Below are positions 1 to 7,252 of a stretch of 64,000 nt of DNA, one piece after another. The position numbers were made by a program, and so were the translations under genes. Origin of the DNA: a virus (lineage: Duplodnaviria > Caudoviricetes); the IMG/VR virus record IMGVR_UViG_3300037047_000246. One strand, written 5' to 3'. Within the stretch, counting starts at the first letter, position 1; each line of letters opens with the position of its first letter. The notes under the pieces are model-generated. The model saw only the letters and a program-made list of their open reading frames with translations. It was not told the DNA's origin and did not search any database.

Positions 1-1253
1 TTCACAAGGCAACGTCTGTGAACCGCACTTACCCGATGTTCGCCAAAGCCAAGAATGCTTGGGCGTTTGCCAAGCTGTTCGAATCCGGCGGGCTTTACGA
101 GGCTGTGCCGTTTCTGGACTCCTATCCGTGGAAAAACGCAGTAAAAGGCTCTTACGAATATCGGGTCCAGCAAGAAACCATACAGGTGGGGCCTGACAAG
201 TCTGTGACTTTGCCTGTGCTGGGCACGTTTTTTGTGACTGACGCCGCGGGCGCAAAGCTGATTGTCCAAATAGACCTCGGGTATGAAAGCCCTGCATGCG
301 TCGTCACCGCTGTGTCTTCGCCCGAGTCTGGTGCTGCGCAAAAGTTTCTTGACGATCTCGACAGAAGCATGGAGACGAACGACATTTACTTCCAACAGTG
401 CCTCGTCTTTTTGCGCGGCTTTCTCGGGTTTACCCAGGTCAGGCCGACCGGCTGGGACGAAATCGTCCTGAAGAGCGATGTCGTGCAGGAGATCCGCGAA
501 AACACCGTGGGTGTGGTCGGCAACATGGACAAGCTGGCTGCGCTCGGGATGATTCCCAGCCGCAACGTCATTCTAATTTCTCCGCCGGGCATGGCCAAGA
601 CCACGGTGTTCAGGGCCATCTCGCATGAGATGGGACAAATCACGCGCATTTGGTGCACCGGCAAGTCGGTCAAAGACTCCTCGGACGTCACTTCTTTGTT
701 TGAAGCCGCACGGTCTCTGGCGCCGTGCATTGTGTTTATAGAGGACATGGACTTGTTCGGCAGAGACCGGGGGTCTCTGTCCGGTTACGAGAGCCACGTG
801 CTCAATGAATTTTTGGCTTGTCTTGACGGAATGCACCAGAACTCCGGCGTTGTCATCATGGCGTCCACCAACGACATCCAGTCCATGGACGAAGCTCTGG
901 TGGACAGGCCGGGCAGGTTCGACGTCAAGATAGAGATGCCGTACCCGGACGCTGCAGATCGTAGCCAGATGTTGGCTTCGTTCCTCAAGCGCGTACATGC
1001 GACGCCAGATGAATCTGTGAGCCGAGACACAATCAAGACTGTAGTGGACCTGACAGACGGACTGACTGGGGCATACATCAGAGAGCTGGCCAACGCCACG
1101 GTCATCCGTGCTGTGGCGGCAGGGAACTTGGTGCCGGGTGGGGTGAAGTTCTCGGCCGACGATCTGAACGCTGCGGCAGAGCAGGTTGTGCGCAACTACA
1201 AGATCGGCAAGGCTGCGCGCAAAAAGGTGCAAGCTGAAATTTCCGTAACCTGA
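1..1253 (+). CDS. AAA+ ATPase (FtsH/CDC48-like ATPase domain), probably 5'-truncated by the window edge
   Basis: Walker A-like SPPGMAKT, Walker B IVFIEDMD, sensor-1 VIMASTN, arginine-finger region ALVDRPGRFD. The frame stays open from the GTG at 18 back to the window start. Confidence 0.9.
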   Translation, partial: HKATSVNRTYPMFAKAKNAWAFAKLFESGGLYEAVPFLDSYPWKNAVKGSYEYRVQQETIQVGPDKSVTLPVLGTFFVTDAAGAKLIVQIDLGYESPACVVTAVSSPESGAAQKFLDDLDRSMETNDIYFQQCLVFLRGFLGFTQVRPTGWDEIVLKSDVVQEIRENTVGVVGNMDKLAALGMIPSRNVILISPPGMAKTTVFRAISHEMGQITRIWCTGKSVKDSSDVTSLFEAARSLAPCIVFIEDMDLFGRDRGSLSGYESHVLNEFLACLDGMHQNSGVVIMASTNDIQSMDEALVDRPGRFDVKIEMPYPDAADRSQMLASFLKRVHATPDESVSRDTIKTVVDLTDGLTGAYIRELANATVIRAVAAGNLVPGGVKFSADDLNAAAEQVVRNYKIGKAARKKVQAEISVT

Positions 1254-1317
1254 TTTTCAAAGCCTTATAGTTTCAAATTACCAAAGGCCGCAACCATCAC
1301 TTTGCAAAGGTCTGCTC

Positions 1318-1857
1318 ATGAACGACAAGTTGAACGAGGTCGTCAAGTCTGTCAACCGGCTGGCCGCCACCGACCCCGCCAGCGGCAGCAGCGCACTGGA
1401 ACGGGCCCGCGAGCTCGTTGCGAACGTGAACCAGCTCAAAGCGTCTGTTGCCCAGGACGCTGCGCCCGCTGCTGCGCCGCCGCGTGACGTGGCTCCGGCC
1501 AATAGCGAGTTCGTCGTCGAAAATCCTTCTGTGATCAGCGAAATTGACCGAATGCGGTCCGCTGCGGTCAAGCCGGCAGAGAAGTACGGGCGCATCATTT
1601 TGATCCTCGACGGGCTGCGCCATGCAGCTGTGATGTCCGAGCGCCCGCAGAACATCGCCGTGCGCCCTCGCATCGCAGAAATTGTCAAGAAGATCGCCGG
1701 CGTTTTCGCGGACGTGGACTCTGTGCAAGATATGGACAAGCCTCTGGAGCAGATCGAGCGCGCTGTGCACTCGCTGTATGGCAACCAGTCGGCCAACTCG
1801 ACGTACTTTTTCGGGCGCCGAGGCAAGGGCGGGCACGGCGCTCCTGCAGCCGAGTGA
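1318..1857 (+). CDS. hypothetical protein (179 aa, helical, Ala/Pro linker)
   Basis: Fills the gap between neighbours on the coding strand, ATG preceded by AAGG; no recognisable motif. Confidence 0.8.
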   Translation: MNDKLNEVVKSVNRLAATDPASGSSALERARELVANVNQLKASVAQDAAPAAAPPRDVAPANSEFVVENPSVISEIDRMRSAAVKPAEKYGRIILILDGLRHAAVMSERPQNIAVRPRIAEIVKKIAGVFADVDSVQDMDKPLEQIERAVHSLYGNQSANSTYFFGRRGKGGHGAPAAE

Positions 1858-1885
1858 TTCGAGCTTTTCTGCCTGCGCTCGGTTG

Positions 1886-2815
1886 ATGCCAGCCCCCCAC
1901 CCGACTCTTGTGCACGCGCTTGAGCAGCTGCGCCCGGAGATGGCCGCAGCTGCTCAAGCTGTGGTGGACGCCTGGGCGCAAGACGACGACGGTTTTGACG
2001 AAGACTTTGGCGCGGGCGGGATTTGCGACGAAGTGTCTTCCGCACTGGCAAGCGTCATTGCGAGCTGCCTGGACGGCGCGGAGATTTCCGAGGGCGGCCA
2101 CGACGGAGATGACCACGCTTGGCTGATTGTGGCAGATGCCGGAGAGGCTGCCGGCGTGGACATTCCGCCTGGGGTCTACGAGACTGGAGGCGGGTACAAC
2201 TGGCGCAAAATAAAAGACGCGGTCATACGCCCTGAAGACGTGGCTATATGGAAGCTGGACAGGAGAGACGTCGTGGCAGCTGCAAGGACATGCGTGCATA
2301 CCGGCAGGTTTGTGTTTCAGGGCAGGACGTACGACATCAAAGTATGGTCTGACGGCACCGCAGTCGTTCTGTACCAAAAATCCGGCAAATGCGTCTTCAA
2401 GTGGGATCCGCTGACCGATGGCCTCGGGCAGAAGTGGGCTTTGTATGGGGGCGGCAAAGCTATCTTCGACGCGGCCGTAAAATACCTCAAGCCAATGCTG
2501 CCAGGCTTTCCGTTCGCGCAGGTCGCAGAGGTGCCCAAGCAGGCAGCCGGGGAAAACGAGATGAGGCTTCGGCCAGGCCCTGGATTCCGCCTGCAAGCGG
2601 ACGGGACCTGGGCCGTGGAAGCCGTGCCGGCCGCCGTGACACGGGATGCCCGTTTCTCGGGCTTCTTGGCTATAGAGGGGTATTGGTGTGCGGTCTTCGA
2701 GCTCGAGGGCGAGGAATGGGCACAGAAAGCCGCAGGACAGGTGCCTCCGGACAGCCCGATGGCCAGGATGTCGGCCGTGGCCTGCAGAGTGGCCGGACTT
2801 CAGCGCAATAAGTAG
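1886..2815 (+). CDS. hypothetical protein with a putative transglutaminase-like Cys-His-Asp domain (309 aa)
   Basis: ATG at 1886 is the first in-frame start after the upstream stop at 1857. N-terminal half has GGICDEVS...DDHAWLIV...GVDIP. Confidence 0.65.
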   Translation: MPAPHPTLVHALEQLRPEMAAAAQAVVDAWAQDDDGFDEDFGAGGICDEVSSALASVIASCLDGAEISEGGHDGDDHAWLIVADAGEAAGVDIPPGVYETGGGYNWRKIKDAVIRPEDVAIWKLDRRDVVAAARTCVHTGRFVFQGRTYDIKVWSDGTAVVLYQKSGKCVFKWDPLTDGLGQKWALYGGGKAIFDAAVKYLKPMLPGFPFAQVAEVPKQAAGENEMRLRPGPGFRLQADGTWAVEAVPAAVTRDARFSGFLAIEGYWCAVFELEGEEWAQKAAGQVPPDSPMARMSAVACRVAGLQRNK

Positions 2816-4362
2816 ATGAACTTGTGCTTGCCGGGAGTTTCCACTTTTGAGAGTTCCAGGTGAGTCGCATACTCTTTCTCGCTAAGACCTCTGCTCTTTG
2901 CTGCGTTGTAGAGAGTTTTCTTGTTGATTTCGGTGCCGTCTTCTACACAACGATAGTAGTATGACTTGGCGCCGGTCCTAAGAAACTCCCAGTTGGATGC
3001 TCTGTATAACCCTCCCACATGTCCATACATTGGATCCGCAAAGGACACCAAAGCAGTCACGTCAGGCTTTGACCGTTTCACAGCCTGAATGACCATTGAC
3101 ATAATTTTTGATCCAAGGTTTTTTGTAGCTACTCCAGGGACGATCAAGAACCTGTCCAACTCCAAAACTTCGAGCTGCTCAAGCCCTTCGGAAGTGGCCA
3201 CTTCCTTACGCACTACTGGTGCGAATTTAACCACCGCCACAATGCGGTCGTCTGGCGTGGTCACTTGGTAGATAATTGATGCAGCGCGCCCGTACCTGGC
3301 GTAATGGTACTTGTCTAGAAGTTGTCTGCACGCCGCAACATCTCCATGAGAAATTTTGATAGTGTTGATATCCACGTCGATCGCGATTGACTCATACTGG
3401 ATTGGTGACTCCAGAACGGCCGCCTGTGTTTTGCGATTGAACGTTCTTATTCTGTGACAGCAAGCGCACACGAGATCGCATTTTGCTATCTCTTGCTTTA
3501 TGGCATCTAGGCTTCGATTACACAATTTGGCTACGTTGCATACCTTCTTGTCTCCCCTATGATCAAAGTCTAGCACCCAGTACCTAAACACCACACCGCA
3601 GTCCATGCACGCTTTGTTGTCCTTCTGCGAAATCACGTACTCTTTACCTAATCGTTTCTTTCCGAGTGCTCGTCTTGCAGAAGCATACTCGTTATTGCGT
3701 TGCCTCAGACAACGCTTGCAGAAGCTATGTCTATATCCTGTTTTCAGCAAAGTGAAATTATCTTCGTGCTTTGCGACATGGCACTGAGAGCAAGTTCTGC
3801 TTGTGCATCCGTCGATGATAGGTATTTCTGTAACCTCGCGCGGCTCTTTACGGTTTTTAGTAACCGGCGTTTTATGCTCTTCTTGTCTGGTCATGTCTCG
3901 GTGACAGTTTGCGCACATCAACACACATTTTGATACCTCCAGACTTAGTCTGGATGCGCTGCGTTGATACAACTTGGAGATGGCTGTGGACTTGCCGGCC
4001 CTATCCATGTGATGGAAGTCCATGGCGCACGACGGATATTGGTTACCACACCTAACACATTTTGACTGCTTGTGCGATGCGATGAGTTTAGCGGACTTAC
4101 GGAAAGATCGAATGGACGCCTGATTGCTCACCGCCGAGTTTTCATGTCTCCACTTTCTCATCTTTTGACTGATGCATATCTTGCATATCGTGCGATGAGC
4201 GTAGCTCGGACAGAAATCTGCGAGCTTTTTCTCTACGCTGCATTTCTTGCACGTCTGCAGATCGTCTAAGTGGGCAAGTCTGAATGCGTGCCATCGATCA
4301 CGTTCTGACGCGTCGGACTGCTTGCGGAGCAGTTTCTGTGACTCCGTTCTTTGCTTTGGCAT
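2800..4362 (-). CDS. fusion of two Zn-finger/HNH nuclease modules and a C-terminal Mu Mom-like (GNAT-fold) DNA-modification domain (520 aa from ATG 4362; ORF open to GTG 4428)
   Basis: Two copies of CxxC..CxxC + CxxCG...DF(H/D)H...KCxLxCA(N/C)CH. C-terminal KYHY / LELDRF / KNLGSKIMS / LVSFADPMYGHVGGLYRASNWEFL matches the Mom motif series (TKHY / MELNRM / RNSESRAIS / VQSFADERCG..GVVYQASNFDFIG, recalled from Mu Mom). Confidence 0.85.
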   Translation of the reverse strand: MPKQRTESQKLLRKQSDASERDRWHAFRLAHLDDLQTCKKCSVEKKLADFCPSYAHRTICKICISQKMRKWRHENSAVSNQASIRSFRKSAKLIASHKQSKCVRCGNQYPSCAMDFHHMDRAGKSTAISKLYQRSASRLSLEVSKCVLMCANCHRDMTRQEEHKTPVTKNRKEPREVTEIPIIDGCTSRTCSQCHVAKHEDNFTLLKTGYRHSFCKRCLRQRNNEYASARRALGKKRLGKEYVISQKDNKACMDCGVVFRYWVLDFDHRGDKKVCNVAKLCNRSLDAIKQEIAKCDLVCACCHRIRTFNRKTQAAVLESPIQYESIAIDVDINTIKISHGDVAACRQLLDKYHYARYGRAASIIYQVTTPDDRIVAVVKFAPVVRKEVATSEGLEQLEVLELDRFLIVPGVATKNLGSKIMSMVIQAVKRSKPDVTALVSFADPMYGHVGGLYRASNWEFLRTGAKSYYYRCVEDGTEINKKTLYNAAKSRGLSEKEYATHLELSKVETPGKHKFIYLLR

Positions 4363-4367
4363 ATGGG

Positions 4368-4430
4368 ATTTTACATCTACTAGGTGGTCAGAATAATTTG
4401 ACCATTTATTGCAGCTTTTGATGACCACCT
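4368..4430. promoter_or_regulatory. divergent control region between the HNH-Mom gene and the tail tube gene
   Basis: Minus-strand TAAAAT (4373-4368) 5 nt before ATG 4362; TGGTCA-N8-TGACCA palindrome (4385-4404); 9-bp inverted repeat AGGTGGTCA (4382-4390) / TGACCACCT (4422-4430). Confidence 0.45.
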
Positions 4431-4446
4431 CTCGCTAGGAGACATC

Positions 4447-5121
4447 ATGCGCACCCAAGAGCTGCAAGATTCAATTTATTGGAAGGGCGCTGCCCCCAAT
4501 ACGCGCGTTGCTATAAGTCAGAAGAACCGCGTTTTTTCCAAGCCTTTCGGCGCTGGCAAAAAGTGGCTCCAGGTAGGAGTGCTGTCGACGTTCGATTGGT
4601 CAGAGTCCCGCACGATTGATCCGGTGCGCGGAGTTGGCTTCGGCGACCGCGTGCAGGAGCTCGTGCCCAGCGTCACTGAGCCGCCGACCCTGACTCTCAA
4701 CAGGACCCTGCTGTACACCTCGGGACTGATGCAGGAGCTTGGCTACAGGGGCGGCATCGACGGCGTGGTCCGATCGCTGAGGCATCACAAGTGGCCGTTT
4801 GACATCATGTCCGAACTTGTGTTTTCCGAACTTGTGACGAAGGGCGGACAGCAGCCCCCGTTCGCGCAGGGAGTCAGCATTCAGACGTCGGCAGTCGACA
4901 ACCAGCTGTGTCTGACGACGTTCTTCCAGTGTTGCTGGCTCAACAACATCTCTGTCAGCTTCCCTGCAGACTCGGCCATTGTGCTAGAGAACTGCTCGGC
5001 CACTGCCATGGACATCACCGACGGCAGCGTGATTCCGCAGTCGTACAACGACATGATGAGGTCCGGCAACAGCCCGTTCGAGGCTGAAGAAGGCGGATCG
5101 CTTCTCTTCCAGCAGCCTTGA
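4447..5121 (+). CDS. contractile tail tube protein (224 aa)
   Basis: Motif series ESRTI..VRGVG.G...ELVP...TLTLNRTLLY...PFDI...CW..I.....E typical of large-myovirus tube proteins; AGGAG SD; sits upstream of chaperones and tape measure. Confidence 0.8.
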   Translation: MRTQELQDSIYWKGAAPNTRVAISQKNRVFSKPFGAGKKWLQVGVLSTFDWSESRTIDPVRGVGFGDRVQELVPSVTEPPTLTLNRTLLYTSGLMQELGYRGGIDGVVRSLRHHKWPFDIMSELVFSELVTKGGQQPPFAQGVSIQTSAVDNQLCLTTFFQCCWLNNISVSFPADSAIVLENCSATAMDITDGSVIPQSYNDMMRSGNSPFEAEEGGSLLFQQP

Positions 5122-5131
5122 TTGACGTCTG

Positions 5132-5169
5132 CCCGGTAGGGTGTTTGCAGGCGCACACACCCTACCGGG
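5132..5169 (+). other. strong intergenic RNA hairpin
   Basis: CCCGGTAGGGTGT (5132-5144) pairs perfectly with ACACCCTACCGGG (5157-5169), extended by one mismatch, 3 bp and an AGGC tetraloop; no U-tract. Confidence 0.75.
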
Positions 5170-5175
5170 ATCAAC

Positions 5176-6021
5176 ATGGACGACAATTTTTTCAAACAGC
5201 TCGACGCTGCTCTTACCAACGTAGGCGCGGACAAATACTGGGAACGCATGATAGGCGGCCACACAGTGTGGATGGCTTCAGTGCCGTTCAAGTATCAGCA
5301 TCACATCAACGAGATACTGACCAACCAAAACCTTGGCACCAACATCATAGGTGAAGTCAAGCGCATGACGTTGGCGTACTCCATCGTCGGATTTGACGGC
5401 TTCGACCTCCGCCCATATCGCAACGACGCACCATCTTTCCCAGTGCAGGACAGGGAGAGCAAGATCGTGCGCGTACCTCTATACAAGTACCTGCTGCATA
5501 AAATGGAAGAGTGGGGCATCGAGTGGGTGGACTCTGCCTTCGATGTGTTTGCTGACATCACAGAGACAATTAAGAAAGAAAACATCAAGGAGATCAAGTT
5601 CGACAATGCTCGCGACAAGCGAGAAGAGTTGGCTGAGCTTGAGGAAAAAGTGAGGGAGCTCAGGGCAGACTTGTCCATGCCGCCTCTTGTGGAAATGAGC
5701 GATGAGGCTGCAGAAAAGCCGGCCGCAGCCGCTTCGGCGCAGGAAGATTCCGCACCGTTCAACCCGTTCCAGCGCATGCCAGACGCGCAGCTAGCGCAGC
5801 CGCTCCCCGCGCAGCCTATTCAGCAGCCGCTCCCCGCGCAAAAGACCTTTGCTACTGATCTGCTCGGGCAAGATTCTTCTAGCACGCCCGACAAGCCTTT
5901 TGCGGCAAGGCACGACGTCGACGTGTTGGAAGAGAGGTCCGTCAGGCCTCCTGAACCTCCGATTGTCATAGACCCGGCCCAGAGCAACCGCAACCCAAGG
6001 TTCAGACCGCAGTCTCGCTAA
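5176..6021 (+). CDS. putative tail assembly chaperone (281 aa)
   Basis: Position between tube and tape measure; acidic, short coiled coil, Pro/Gln-rich tail. Confidence 0.55.
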   Translation: MDDNFFKQLDAALTNVGADKYWERMIGGHTVWMASVPFKYQHHINEILTNQNLGTNIIGEVKRMTLAYSIVGFDGFDLRPYRNDAPSFPVQDRESKIVRVPLYKYLLHKMEEWGIEWVDSAFDVFADITETIKKENIKEIKFDNARDKREELAELEEKVRELRADLSMPPLVEMSDEAAEKPAAAASAQEDSAPFNPFQRMPDAQLAQPLPAQPIQQPLPAQKTFATDLLGQDSSSTPDKPFAARHDVDVLEERSVRPPEPPIVIDPAQSNRNPRFRPQSR

Positions 6022-6079
6022 AGGCGCCTTCGGTCTGTCTATGCCGCGGCGCGATTGAATTCTTGCTGACACGGAAGGC

Positions 6080-7252
6080 GTGACCATGACCGCCGACTCT
6101 CCTCCTGACAAAGATGCGCAGCGCCGCGTCCAGATTAGGATCCCGAAGCAGTATCGGGACATCGACACTGCGGTTTGGAAGGACCTCGAGGAGTATCTGT
6201 TCACGGGGTTTTTGTCCAGCCATGCAAATCTGCTCGGCCAGAGCTTTGTGTTCAAAACTCTGAATCACCTTGAAATAAGAAACATCGAGTACGTCAGACC
6301 TCCAAAAAGCGACTCAAGCCAGGCGTTCAAAGCAGCGTTCATTGCCTACAGCTTGTTGGTTGCCATGGGCAGGAACGTGCTTGCTGGGCGCTCTGGCCAC
6401 TTGCACCAACTGTGCGACATGGTGGCAAAGGTGCCAAGCGTCTACCAGGACAAGATACTGACGAACCTGAATGCGCTCAACAGCAAGGCGCACAAGCTGT
6501 ACCCGCTTGTAGAAGTGTATGTGCACGAGTCGAAGTCCAGGTACAAATGGCTGTTCCTGAAAAAGCTGGCGGTGCACTCGTCAGAAGCCACAGGCATTCA
6601 GGGCACGTCTGAGCTCGGCATGAACTACTGCCAGCAGGCGTGGGTGGCGATGAACGAAGCGATAGATAGGAAAGAAGAGATAGAATCTGACTGGAATCAT
6701 GCCAAATTCGTGGGTTCGTGCTTTGCCGGCAAGGGCATGATATCGATAGAGGAGCAGGACAAAGCGCGCAAATCCCGCGAGAAGCAAGAGATGGAAGAAA
6801 ACAAGATGCGGGTCTTGCGAGAGTACGTGGACTCCAGCTTCGGCAAGCAGATAGACTCTAACCAGGGCACAGTGTCTTTGCCAGACGGGCGCAGGGCGGT
6901 GGTCACCGGACGCTTCAAGGCGGAGACCGCGGAGGAGCTTGCTGATCAGCTGTCTTCCGCCTTGTCCGGCGAAAAGGACTGGCACGATAGGGCCATAGAA
7001 TCGTACTTCCGCCGCGTGCAGTCGGAGAGGGAAGCTGTGGCGAAAGAAAGCCGTCAGCTGGCAGCCATGCCCCCGAGGCTGGCTCAGGCTGGCCGGTCTG
7101 CCGCGGGCGTGGCCAAAGTGCTGGATCGCGAAGACGCTGACGAGTACTTGAAGCGCATGCAGGCTTTGATGATTCGGCCTCCTGCGGGCCCTGCGCCGCC
7201 GCCGGACATAGATGTAGACCGCGCACACCTGAGAGGCAAGCCCAATGAGTAA
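6080..7252 (+). CDS. putative second tail assembly chaperone (390 aa; start GTG 6080 or ATG 6086)
   Basis: Immediately precedes and overlaps the tape measure start; GGAAGG SD; helical/charged. Confidence 0.5.
   Translation: MTMTADSPPDKDAQRRVQIRIPKQYRDIDTAVWKDLEEYLFTGFLSSHANLLGQSFVFKTLNHLEIRNIEYVRPPKSDSSQAFKAAFIAYSLLVAMGRNVLAGRSGHLHQLCDMVAKVPSVYQDKILTNLNALNSKAHKLYPLVEVYVHESKSRYKWLFLKKLAVHSSEATGIQGTSELGMNYCQQAWVAMNEAIDRKEEIESDWNHAKFVGSCFAGKGMISIEEQDKARKSREKQEMEENKMRVLREYVDSSFGKQIDSNQGTVSLPDGRRAVVTGRFKAETAEELADQLSSALSGEKDWHDRAIESYFRRVQSEREAVAKESRQLAAMPPRLAQAGRSAAGVAKVLDREDADEYLKRMQALMIRPPAGPAPPPDIDVDRAHLRGKPNE

Noticed and set aside
5796-5840. 18-nt direct duplication (QPLPAQ twice)
   Set aside because: Ordinary slippage in a low-complexity linker.
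5950-6090. Programmed G/GT tail-chaperone frameshift
   Set aside because: No X XXY YYZ slippery heptamer seen near the end of the first chaperone; the second gene has its own SD and start.
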